A stretch of DNA of 64,000 nucleotides from the NCBI GenBank assembly GCA_045106895.1, contig JBGCFM010000062.1, positions 32,001 through 96,000 on the forward strand, read 5' to 3'. The first letter of the stretch is position 1; each line of letters opens with the position of its first letter. This document shows positions 9,116 through 18,352 of this stretch, one piece after another. The notes under the pieces are model-generated. The model was given only the letters and a program-made list of their open reading frames with translations. It did no database searches and had not been told where the DNA came from. Source of the stretch: Polyangiales bacterium. GTDB lineage: Bacteria; Myxococcota_A; Polyangia; Polyangiales; Houyiibacteriaceae. The position numbers and the translations under genes were made by a program.

Positions 9116-9850
9116 GTGGGCGTCACGACTCGACAGCTGGGTTGCTTTCCCTGCGTCGGCTGCGGCGCAAACCTGCTGATTCACGACCAAGAGCGAAAGC
9201 TCAAGTGCAAGTTCTGCAAGACACACAACAAGGCCCCCAAGCGTCTCGTCGACGATCTCGAGCACGGCCGAAAGCTACCCTTTGATGCGATTCGCGAGAT
9301 GCACCAAGGGCTCGACCGCGTCATCGAGCGTCGTTACCAGGGCTTCGAGCTGCACACGCGCTGGGTCATCCTTGCAGGCGTTGTCGGCGCCGTTTTCTTC
9401 GCTTGGGTTCGTGCGAGCACCAACGCAGACCCGGGCGTAGTCGACTACGGCATTGGCGCGCTCATCGGGTTCTTTGCGATGGCCTTGCCTCTCGGCTGGA
9501 GCGCGAGCTGGCTTAGCACCACAGGGCTCGGCCGTACCGCGAGCCGCGTTGACTACGCGCTGAAGAGCCTCGACAAATCCTGCCCTCGCTGCGAGCAACC
9601 GATCATGGGGGACAACCCCGGGGCCTTCGACTGCGTCATGTGCAAAGCGTCTCTCATCTACACGGCCCATCTCGTCGTGGAAGACAGCGGTCCACATATT
9701 CCGCTCTTTGAAGCAGCCGGGGATGCCGCACTCGCGGACAAGTCATGGCTGGATCAACGTCGTGGCACGACCTTCCAGTACCTTGGACTCGTCGCGATCT
9801 TAGTGCTCGTCGCCACGAGCATCTACTTCTTGATGACGCTCGCAAAGTGA
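9116..9850 (+). CDS. Membrane protein with two zinc-ribbon domains
   Basis: CVGC...CKFC and CPRC...CVMC pairs; three TM helices. Confidence 0.75.
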   Translation: MGVTTRQLGCFPCVGCGANLLIHDQERKLKCKFCKTHNKAPKRLVDDLEHGRKLPFDAIREMHQGLDRVIERRYQGFELHTRWVILAGVVGAVFFAWVRASTNADPGVVDYGIGALIGFFAMALPLGWSASWLSTTGLGRTASRVDYALKSLDKSCPRCEQPIMGDNPGAFDCVMCKASLIYTAHLVVEDSGPHIPLFEAAGDAALADKSWLDQRRGTTFQYLGLVAILVLVATSIYFLMTLAK

Positions 9851-10251
9851 CGGGAACCAAGATCGACTCCGGTGCGGAAGAGCCTCCTCAGGGAGCGAAG
9901 CCACGTGTGCTCATCGTAGATGATGACGCCGACATCCTGAAGATGCTGCGGCGCTACCTTGGAGCAAAAGGGCTGGATGTTATCACGACGGATGCGCCTT
10001 TCGGCGTCCTTGAACTGATTCGTGAGCATGAACCACACGTCGTCGTCCTCGACCTCATGATTCCTGGACTCGACGGCGGAGCGATTTTCGGTTTCATCCG
10101 TGCCCAAGCATCCGTCGCCATCGTTTTCTATTCCGCATCTTCCGAGGCGACTCTCAGCGAACTTCGAGACGCCCACCCCCATGCACTTGTGGTGGCCAAA
10201 GCGAGCCCACTCAACGAGCTCGAGAGCGCTATTCGAAGCTTTCTTCCCTGA
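9847..10251 (+). CDS. Single-domain response regulator
   Basis: VLIVDDD, VVVLDLMIP (phospho-Asp), FYSA, VAK; GTGA overlap with upstream stop. Confidence 0.9.
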   Translation: MTGTKIDSGAEEPPQGAKPRVLIVDDDADILKMLRRYLGAKGLDVITTDAPFGVLELIREHEPHVVVLDLMIPGLDGGAIFGFIRAQASVAIVFYSASSEATLSELRDAHPHALVVAKASPLNELESAIRSFLP

Positions 10252-10256
10252 CTTTG

Positions 10257-13028
10257 TCAGCGTTTGCGTCGCGACTTGAGAAGCTGCTCCGCGAGGGTGG
10301 CCGGACTCTCCGTTCCTTCCTCGGCAGCTCCTTCGTCCTGCGGCGCTGGCTTTGCGGTCTCCGGCGCGGGCGAGGCGCGAATGCCCGCGACGTCTTTCGT
10401 TTGAGCAGGCGCAGGCGCAGGCTTCGTGATCGGCTTCGGCGTCAGCGCCGGGGACGGCTTCGTCCTGCTCCCCCGAGGAGCGAGGCGCAATCGCCGCATC
10501 GCTACGGACAAGACAAGCAACACGAGGCTGAGCATAAGAAGGAAAGGCACAAGCGTTTGCAACGCCGTCACAGGCGGACTGCGTCTGTGAAATACGCCGT
10601 CGAGGCTCTCGAGCATCTCGCCGCCACTCAGCGCTGCAATCTGCCGAAGGAGCGCGTAGTCGGTCCCTTCGCCGCGCTGCTCCTGGCCCCCGCTCCGAAC
10701 GACACCTGCGCTCCCAAGGAACCCGCCGTTTTCGATGTCCGCCACGCTCACGAGGTAGGGCCCCGGTTGCGAAGCATCGAAGGTCGCCTCGTAGCGACCG
10801 GGCCCCGATTGGTGAAACGTGACGCTCCGTCCTTCGCCGCTCGGGTCCGCCAATGTGCCGTCGAGGGCGAGACCATCGATGGGGGCGCCTTCGGCGTCAA
10901 TGGCGTCCACAAACACGTGTCCGTCGCCCCCGCGCAAATGAATGCCTACCTCCACGTCGAAGCTCTGAGGGCCTCGCTCCAGGAAGCGCGTGGTCTGGTC
11001 GAGCAACGTGGCGTAGCCCTCCCAACTCGCCCAAGGTCCGTTGAACTCCCCAGCGAGGTCGACGGTGAGGACGGCGGACTTTCCGAGGCCGTACTGCCAC
11101 GTCGACAGCAGCGGTTCATCGTCGCCAGCCCAGAGCGCGTGCGTCGCGCTTGAGCGTGGCGCGACGACAGCATGACCCAGGAGTGGAGGCGCGTCAGCGA
11201 AACGAAGGCCTCGAGTGACCACGCTCGGCGCGCCCACTCGCACGTTGAACGCGTCGGTGGAAAGCGCTGCTCGGCTCGCCTCCATCGTCTCCTGGGTGAA
11301 GATCCGAGGAAGCTCACGCATGTCTTCGACAATATAGAAGCGCCCTCCCCCAAGACGCGAAAGCACCTCGAGTTCTGCGGTGTGCGCCCCGCGACCCATC
11401 GAGACAACCGAGGTTGTGATGCCGCTCGCCGCGGCACCTCGAACCTGTGCCCGCGTCCCACCGAGTTGTGCCGAGTCACTCCCATCGCTGAAGAGCAAGA
11501 GATGTTTCAGCTGCGTAGGCTCTCTCGTGAGCGTCGCGTAACTCGACTCCAAGGTGATGTCGACGTAGATGCCGCCACCACCAGCTTGAGCTCGCCGAAC
11601 CCGCGAGGCGATGGCGCCGGGGTCTTCGACGGCGGTCATCGGCACGGTCCAACTCACCGAGGTATCGACGTGCATGACGCCGACGCGATCCGACACGGAT
11701 AGCATGCTCGCGCTCCGCGCCGCCGCTTCGTTGGCGAGGTCGAGCTTCGTTCCGGTGCCCGCAGACGCTCCCATCGAGCCACTTCGATCGATGGCGATGA
11801 TCATGGACAGCGAGAGCCGGTCGCGACGTTGGCGCAGATCGAAGCGCGCCGGCAAGGCCTCCTCCACGGGTGTGTCCACGTAGCCGCCAAGCCCGAACGA
11901 CTGTCGCGCGCCGGCCATCAGAAGGCCGCCGCCGAGGCTACGCACGTAGGCGCGCACCCCACGCATCTGCGCTTCGCTCAACGAGCGTGCGGGCACGTCG
12001 TGAAGCACCACGAGGTCGTAGGAGGCGAGCCCCGCGGCGTCCGCAGGGAGCGCGCTCACGTCCCCGGCGTCGACGCTAGCGCCGCGGGCACGAAGCACCT
12101 GAGTGAGCACCTCGTTCGCGGCGGGAGCCGACGAAACAAGGAGCGCCCGGGAGCCGCCAGCAACACGCATAAAGGCGCCGCCGCGGTTGTTCGCGGCGCT
12201 CTCGTCGTCACCTTGTCGCTGCGGCGTGAGGACGGCGTCGTAGCGATGAACCCCCGCTTCCGGTGCGACGTCACGGAACACGAGAACATCACGCCCGGCG
12301 GCGAGCTCCGTCACCGTCTCCGCAAGCGGCTCTCCGTCGCGAAGCAGCTGGAGCCGAACGGGGCTCGTCTGGCGTGCGTTCGTCACGATGCGAACCTCCA
12401 CCGGTTCTCCGGGCCGAGCGGATTCGGCGACGCGAACACGTTCCACAGAGAGCTCCGGACGCGCCTCCCGCTCGATCGCAAGGACGTCGATGCTCATCCC
12501 GCGCGCCGCCGCTAGCGCCGCTGCTGCGCGCGCATCACCTTGCGTCTCGAGGCCGTCGCTGATCAAGACGATGCGTCCGGCGTATCCAGACGGAACCGCG
12601 GAGACTGCGTGCCGGATGCCATCGGCGATATCCGTCTCGTCCCGCGCAAGAACGGCGCTTCGGTTCTGAAGTGGAGGCGCGGGTCCGACGTACGCTTCCG
12701 TCGCTGCGGAGTCCGCGAACACGACGAGGCCGGCGACATCGCCTTCGCTGCGATCTTCGAAGGAAGCAAGGATGGCCTCGTCCGCTTCGGATTCACCAGA
12801 GCTCGCCGAGCGCGAACGATCGAGGACGTACACCACCGCCATCTGATCGGCCTGCGTTCGCCACTCGAGCCCCGCAGCCGCCGCAGTAGCGGCGAGGAGG
12901 ACGAGCGTGAGCGTGGCAAACGTGAGCTTCCCGCGGCGCTGTCTCGGGCCGCGCTGATGGCGCCAAAGCGCAAACCCTGAGACGACCAGCGCAATGGCCC
13001 CAAGCCATGGGTTCTGCAAGTAAATCAT
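10257..13028 (-). CDS. Membrane-anchored double vWA protein with class I glutamine amidotransferase-like domain
   Basis: MIDAS motifs DRSRS and DRSGS; YDLVVLHDVP...GGGLLMAGA..SFGLGGY GATase-like segment; N- and C-terminal TM helices. Confidence 0.85.
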   Translation of the reverse strand: MIYLQNPWLGAIALVVSGFALWRHQRGPRQRRGKLTFATLTLVLLAATAAAAGLEWRTQADQMAVVYVLDRSRSASSGESEADEAILASFEDRSEGDVAGLVVFADSAATEAYVGPAPPLQNRSAVLARDETDIADGIRHAVSAVPSGYAGRIVLISDGLETQGDARAAAALAAARGMSIDVLAIEREARPELSVERVRVAESARPGEPVEVRIVTNARQTSPVRLQLLRDGEPLAETVTELAAGRDVLVFRDVAPEAGVHRYDAVLTPQRQGDDESAANNRGGAFMRVAGGSRALLVSSAPAANEVLTQVLRARGASVDAGDVSALPADAAGLASYDLVVLHDVPARSLSEAQMRGVRAYVRSLGGGLLMAGARQSFGLGGYVDTPVEEALPARFDLRQRRDRLSLSMIIAIDRSGSMGASAGTGTKLDLANEAAARSASMLSVSDRVGVMHVDTSVSWTVPMTAVEDPGAIASRVRRAQAGGGGIYVDITLESSYATLTREPTQLKHLLLFSDGSDSAQLGGTRAQVRGAAASGITTSVVSMGRGAHTAELEVLSRLGGGRFYIVEDMRELPRIFTQETMEASRAALSTDAFNVRVGAPSVVTRGLRFADAPPLLGHAVVAPRSSATHALWAGDDEPLLSTWQYGLGKSAVLTVDLAGEFNGPWASWEGYATLLDQTTRFLERGPQSFDVEVGIHLRGGDGHVFVDAIDAEGAPIDGLALDGTLADPSGEGRSVTFHQSGPGRYEATFDASQPGPYLVSVADIENGGFLGSAGVVRSGGQEQRGEGTDYALLRQIAALSGGEMLESLDGVFHRRSPPVTALQTLVPFLLMLSLVLLVLSVAMRRLRLAPRGSRTKPSPALTPKPITKPAPAPAQTKDVAGIRASPAPETAKPAPQDEGAAEEGTESPATLAEQLLKSRRKR

Positions 13029-14935
13029 ATACTTGCACCGTTTCCGCGACGCCGCCTTTTCGAACGACGCGAAGACCAAACGAGCTCCGCAGACACCAAG
13101 AGGACAACAAGCAGCGCGAGCCACTTCGTGATCTCGTGGGAGTCCCGGGCGGACGTCGCCGTCGCCTCTTCACCCCCGCGGACCGTCAGCGTCATTCGAG
13201 CGCGGGCGTCGCTCTCCTTCGCGTCGACTAAGTTTCGAACGGCGATGCGTTGGCCAAGTTCGTCGTTCACGCGAAAGAGCCCCGGGCGTGCCGCGACGTC
13301 CACGATGGCGACGCCGCCGCGGGGCGTAACACTCGCCTGTGCGCGCGAACTTTCCACCCGAACATCCCCGTCGACGCGGGCCGGAATCTGCAAAGGCTGA
13401 CCGAGCGAACCAGGAGGAATGCCCCCCGCTGCGCGACGATCCCGGGCGCGCTCGAGAAGGTTGCGGAAGAAGATGACGAAGGAAGCCTCGCGTGGCCAGG
13501 TTCCGTCCGATGGGTCAAACGCGAGGAGCGTCGTCTCCCCCGTCGGACGCGAGAGCGTCGAGGCGACGTCACCGTGCTGCGCGCTGATGAGGACGTCCCC
13601 GCCGACAACGCTGCGGCTACGACCGAGTAGGACGTCTCCCAGATCGAGGAAGCGCAAGCGTGGATCTTCGTCGCGCCACGTCACGATGCGCGGCGCTTCG
13701 ACCTCTTCGCCTAGCTCGAACTCAAAGACACGTTCGCCTTCGGGGTCGATCACCCACGAGTCCCCAGGGGGTGGAGCCGAGGGTACCGCGCCGCTGTACA
13801 CGTGAAGGGCGCCAGGCGCTTCGAGGGCCGCTGCCTCGAGGGTGTCCAGGTCCGCTTGAAAGAGCTCGATGGCAGCGTCTGAACGGAGCACACGCCGGAG
13901 GGGAGCCGGGGCGCTGCCCACCAGAATGACGGGAAGGCGTCTGCTGCCCGGCGTGGAAACGAAGACCTCGTCATCCAGCGAGAGCGCGTCCGTCCAGGCG
14001 CCCGTCGCTCCGCCGAGCTTGATGTGGAGCACCGGCGCTGACAGACCATCTGCGTCGGTGGGACGCTCGATGGTGAGCTGGATAGACTCCGTGCCCTCCG
14101 CGGGGACGGTGACTCGACGTGAACTGAGATCCCTTCCGGTGGACGGATCACTCACGGTGACGAACGCGACCTCTTCGACCGTGGACGTGCTCAGGAGCCG
14201 CACGAAGACCTCGTCGCGTTCGTCCCGGTCCGACGAGGCGCGTACGTCCGCGTCAACAATGGCCAGGTTACGAACTTCTTCACCGCCAAGCTTGATGAAC
14301 TCGACTTCCACGTCGGCGGTGACGTTCAGCTCTCCGTCCATCGCGGCATCGGAGATAATGACCAGGCGCGAAGCGCCGGGCGCATCCCGGAGACGTTCGC
14401 TCGCCAAGTCCAGCGCTCCGCTGAGGTCACATCCCGCGCTCGACACTCCGACTCCGTCGATGGCGCGTTCAAGCGCCCGCGCGTCGTGGGACGGAAGCGC
14501 CTGCACGACCGGGACCTCTCCGGCTTCGATGAGGACCATTTGGGCGCCGGGTCCGAGACTCGAACTCAGCGCGTAGAGCGCCTCCTGCGCGCGCTCCATG
14601 CGGGTATCTTCTTCGCCAGCGTCGCGCGTTGCCATCGATGCCGAGGTGTCGACGACAACGCAGAGCCAGGCGCTGCTCAGGACTTCACCGCCGAAGGTGG
14701 GCCGGCTGAGCGCGAGGGCGCCGGCGCACACGGCCAGCACCTGGAGGACCAAGCTCATGTGAGGCAGCAGACGCCGAAACGGGCGGTCCGCCTGCATGTC
14801 TCGAAGCGCCTGAGACCAGAGCAAGGTCGATGGAACCTGAAGGTTCTCCCGGCGTCTCTTCAGAACGTAGAGCAGCACCAAGGGCATCAGGAGGCCAAGC
14901 CAGGCCAGGTTCCACGGGGAAAGAAACGTCATCAC
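13025..14935 (-). CDS. BatA-like N-terminal domain plus vWA protein
   Basis: LLMPLVLLYVLKRRR...VPSTLLW double-TM BatA motif, LALSRP, MIDAS DTSASM, C-terminal TM. Confidence 0.85.
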   Translation of the reverse strand: MMTFLSPWNLAWLGLLMPLVLLYVLKRRRENLQVPSTLLWSQALRDMQADRPFRRLLPHMSLVLQVLAVCAGALALSRPTFGGEVLSSAWLCVVVDTSASMATRDAGEEDTRMERAQEALYALSSSLGPGAQMVLIEAGEVPVVQALPSHDARALERAIDGVGVSSAGCDLSGALDLASERLRDAPGASRLVIISDAAMDGELNVTADVEVEFIKLGGEEVRNLAIVDADVRASSDRDERDEVFVRLLSTSTVEEVAFVTVSDPSTGRDLSSRRVTVPAEGTESIQLTIERPTDADGLSAPVLHIKLGGATGAWTDALSLDDEVFVSTPGSRRLPVILVGSAPAPLRRVLRSDAAIELFQADLDTLEAAALEAPGALHVYSGAVPSAPPPGDSWVIDPEGERVFEFELGEEVEAPRIVTWRDEDPRLRFLDLGDVLLGRSRSVVGGDVLISAQHGDVASTLSRPTGETTLLAFDPSDGTWPREASFVIFFRNLLERARDRRAAGGIPPGSLGQPLQIPARVDGDVRVESSRAQASVTPRGGVAIVDVAARPGLFRVNDELGQRIAVRNLVDAKESDARARMTLTVRGGEEATATSARDSHEITKWLALLVVLLVSAELVWSSRRSKRRRRGNGASI

Positions 14936-15795
14936 GCCCGCAAGTAGTCCGTCAAGAGCGTCTCGAAGGCCGCGTGCCCGACCAAACGCGCGTAGCGCAC
15001 GCCACGTTTTCGCGCATACGATTCAAGCCCGTCCAAGAAGGCACAGAGCCGAGCGTCGTACGCATCAAGAACGTGCGGGTCCATGGACAAGTCGACGTAG
15101 GCGCCGGTCTCCGAATCGACGAATCGATGGTCTCCGTCGAGCGTCGGCGCGACCTCTTCTTCGCTCAGAACATGAAAAAGCGCAGGCTCAAAACGAGAGG
15201 CGAGGAGCCTGTCGACGGGCGTCTCATATCCGGCGGGGTCCAAAAAATCGCTCAGGATCATGACCAGCCCGGGTCGCATGCGTCGCGCGATCATCGCCTC
15301 GACGCACGCGCCGAGATCCGTCTCGCCGTCCGCCCTGATGTTCTCCAAGAAACGAAACGTGGAACCGACGCGACCCCGGCCGCGAGCAGGCGCCGATGCA
15401 GCGGCGGCCTTTGCTGCCCAAGGGATCACGCTCACTCTTTCGCTTCCGCAGAGCGCCACGTACGAGAGGGCCGCAGCGAGTCGCTGCGCCATCACCAGCT
15501 TCGATGGATCGCCAAAGCCCATCGAGGCGGAAGAATCAACGAGGAGGTAAATGCGCAGGTCTTCCTCCGCCACGTAGAGCCTAAGAACGAGTTCCTCGAG
15601 TCGGGCGTAGGCGTTCCAGTCGATACGCCGAATATCGTCCCCGGCGGAGTACGCGCGGTGGTCCGCAAACTCCACCGACGCGCCTCGACGAAGCGACGCG
15701 CGCGCACCTCCCGACGCGCCGGCAAAGCGGCGCCTCGCGGCGAGACGGAGTCGCTCCAGGCGGCGAAGAAACTCGGGGTCGAGAAGCGAGCTCAC
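14932..15795 (-). CDS. DUF58 domain protein (vWA-like MoxR partner)
   Basis: GASVEFADHRAYSAGDDIRRIDWN; DSSASM; ILSDF. Confidence 0.93.
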   Translation of the reverse strand: MSSLLDPEFLRRLERLRLAARRRFAGASGGARASLRRGASVEFADHRAYSAGDDIRRIDWNAYARLEELVLRLYVAEEDLRIYLLVDSSASMGFGDPSKLVMAQRLAAALSYVALCGSERVSVIPWAAKAAAASAPARGRGRVGSTFRFLENIRADGETDLGACVEAMIARRMRPGLVMILSDFLDPAGYETPVDRLLASRFEPALFHVLSEEEVAPTLDGDHRFVDSETGAYVDLSMDPHVLDAYDARLCAFLDGLESYARKRGVRYARLVGHAAFETLLTDYLRA

Positions 15796-17426
15796 GGCTC
15801 TTGCTCCCCTCCTTTCGCGTCCTTGGGCGGAGCCGCCAGGGCGTTCGAGGGCGGACTCTGGACCCGAGCTGCACGACGCTCTTCGCGACGAGAGTCCCGT
15901 GCCTCAATGGCCTTCATCACGCGTTTGACACGGAACGTCAGGAGCATCGCCGCGAAGACAGCGACGCAGGTGTAGATGCCCATCTCCGCGAGTGCGACCC
16001 CGAGTCCCGTGCGCCCGTTGGACACGCGCTCGCCGGAGATGAAGTGAACGATGGGCGATGCGGCGAGGGCCTCTGAAGGGCCTGAAGAGCGGCCGTCGAT
16101 GGTGATGGACCAGAAAAACGTGACGAGGATGGCGATGACGAAGAAGGCCCCAGCGACGACGCGTGACGCGATGCCGCTACCGAGCCGCACGCGAAGCCAC
16201 GCGCCGACGAAATAGTACGCGATGGCCACGGCAACGGACCCGCAGCCAACGACCAAGAGACCCGTCTGCTCATCGCTATCGGCGCCGTAGCCGATCACTA
16301 GGGAGACGAGCGTGAGCGCCGCGACGGATCCGCCGACAACGACCGTGGCGTAACGTGCCGTCGGGATCGCACCTGGACCAAATACAGAGAGAAGACCGGC
16401 GAAACGCGGAGCTGGGCGGGACGACGCGAGGCGAGGCGGCAGCGGTGGTTCGTTCATCAAGATCGCCGCAAGAAAAATCGCGATCATAAAACCGAGAACC
16501 TGCGCCGCATAGCTGAAGCCAAAGTGGTCGTTCGGCTCGATGACGAAGGCGAGGAGCAAGGACGCGATGAGCGTCTGGCCCAACACCATCACGGCGGTCC
16601 AGACCTTGAGCCGCGTCGAACGGTCCTCCGCCGGCGGCCTTATCGCGGCGATGGCGGTCTCCAAGAAGAACCAAACGCTCATTCCCGCGACGTAGATCGG
16701 AAGGACGAAGACGAGTAGGAAAACGTCGAGCTGAAAAAAGTTCGTGGAGAGAGCCTCGGCGAACCAAAAAGGCCCGGACCCAGACGTGCCCCACTCACGT
16801 TGAGCGAGGAATGCCATGGCTGTAATCATCGACCACAGAAACATCGAAGCCGGCTGAAAGAGCGCTGTGCTCGCGATGATGGCGACACGAGTCGTTCCCA
16901 CGCGCGCGCTCACGGCCACGCCAAAAGCGACGGCCGGTCCGAGGAAGAGGAAGAGCCCGAAGAACCCCCAGAAGACCTGCAGCGGGGATACGCCCCCGAA
17001 GAGGAACGCGATTCCCACAACCGGGGAGAAGGCGATGAGCACCAGCGCGAACACGGCGTAAGTGGCGAGGAACTTTCCCCAGACGATTCGCCGCGGTCTC
17101 ATTCCCGTCAGGATCAAAGACTCGTAGGTTTCTGCTTCGCGCTCCGCCGTGATCACCGTCGACGCCGTCGGCGGTGCGACGAGGCTGACGACGGCGACGG
17201 AGATTCCAAAGAAGAGATGGAAGACGATCTGCCCCACGTCGGACGGCGGGGTATCTCCGGATGCCGCAAGGGCCCCGGACATGAGGACGATGATTCCCAC
17301 GATGCCCGTGGCGACGTAGAGAAAGCGCACGAAGAGTGGCGTGCGGAACGTCGAGAGCAGCTCTTTGACGAGGATCGGGTTTGGGTCCGCGAAGACGCGC
17401 GCGAAGAGCGCTTTGACACCACTCAT
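15792..17426 (-). CDS. ABC transporter permease (ABC-2-like)
   Basis: NPILVKEL, ITAEREAETYESLILT..RPRRIVWGK; about 12 TM helices. Confidence 0.85.
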   Translation of the reverse strand: MSGVKALFARVFADPNPILVKELLSTFRTPLFVRFLYVATGIVGIIVLMSGALAASGDTPPSDVGQIVFHLFFGISVAVVSLVAPPTASTVITAEREAETYESLILTGMRPRRIVWGKFLATYAVFALVLIAFSPVVGIAFLFGGVSPLQVFWGFFGLFLFLGPAVAFGVAVSARVGTTRVAIIASTALFQPASMFLWSMITAMAFLAQREWGTSGSGPFWFAEALSTNFFQLDVFLLVFVLPIYVAGMSVWFFLETAIAAIRPPAEDRSTRLKVWTAVMVLGQTLIASLLLAFVIEPNDHFGFSYAAQVLGFMIAIFLAAILMNEPPLPPRLASSRPAPRFAGLLSVFGPGAIPTARYATVVVGGSVAALTLVSLVIGYGADSDEQTGLLVVGCGSVAVAIAYYFVGAWLRVRLGSGIASRVVAGAFFVIAILVTFFWSITIDGRSSGPSEALAASPIVHFISGERVSNGRTGLGVALAEMGIYTCVAVFAAMLLTFRVKRVMKAIEARDSRREERRAARVQSPPSNALAAPPKDAKGGEQEP

Positions 17427-18352
17427 TGGAGTTCTCCGCGCGTCACCTGAAGGAAAATCTGCTCCAGGTCATCACGCTCGGGTTCTACGCGGACAACGGA
17501 AAGGCCCGCACCGATGGCGCCGGCGACGAGGGCGGCGACGGTTTCATCTCCGCCGTGATAGGCGATGCGCAAGAGGCCATCCGGTCCTCGTTCGACGGCG
17601 GTGACATCTGGGTTCGCTGCAAACGCGGACTCGCAAGCGTCGGGGTATTCGAGCAAACGAATGCGCAGCACACGTTCGGGACGCAGCTGCTTTCCGATGG
17701 CGTCGACGGGTCCAGAAGCGAGAAGTCGCCCGCGCTCCAAGATGCCGACGTACGACACCATATCGCTAAGCTCCGTGAGGATGTGGCTCGAGAGGATGAC
17801 GGTTTTTCCAAGACCCTTGAGCTGCTCGATGAGTTCGCGCATTTCGATTCGCGCGCGCGGGTCGAGCCCATTGGCGGGCTCATCGAGGATCAAAACCTTG
17901 GGATCATGGAGGAGGGTCCGCGCGATGGCGAGTCGCTGCTTCATTCCTTTGGACAGCGCCGAGACCTGCCGCGTACGCAGTCCGCCCAGCTCCGTCAGCT
18001 CGACGACGGCCTCCACGCTGCGCGCTCGCGCGCGGATGTCGAGGTCGTAGGCGGCGGCGAAGAACTCAAGGTACTCGATGACCGTCACGCGTTCGTAGAC
18101 GCCGAAACCATCGGGCATGAAGCCCAAGATCTTGCGCACGGCGTCCGGCTCGTCGACGCAGTCATGGCCATCGACGATCACACGCCCTTCCTGCGGCTCC
18201 AGGAGCGTCGCCATCATTCGAAGCGTAGTGGTCTTGCCGGCGCCGTTGGGCCCGATGAAGCCAAAGACCTCACCCTTTGGGATGTGAAACCAGACGTCGT
18301 CGAGAACCTGGGTCGAACCGAAGCGATGCGAAATACCTTCGACATGAATCAT
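17423..18352 (-). CDS. ABC transporter ATP-binding protein
   Basis: GPNGAGKTT, LSKGMKQR, ILDEPANGLD, SSH. Confidence 0.96.
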   Translation of the reverse strand: MIHVEGISHRFGSTQVLDDVWFHIPKGEVFGFIGPNGAGKTTTLRMMATLLEPQEGRVIVDGHDCVDEPDAVRKILGFMPDGFGVYERVTVIEYLEFFAAAYDLDIRARARSVEAVVELTELGGLRTRQVSALSKGMKQRLAIARTLLHDPKVLILDEPANGLDPRARIEMRELIEQLKGLGKTVILSSHILTELSDMVSYVGILERGRLLASGPVDAIGKQLRPERVLRIRLLEYPDACESAFAANPDVTAVERGPDGLLRIAYHGGDETVAALVAGAIGAGLSVVRVEPERDDLEQIFLQVTRGELQ

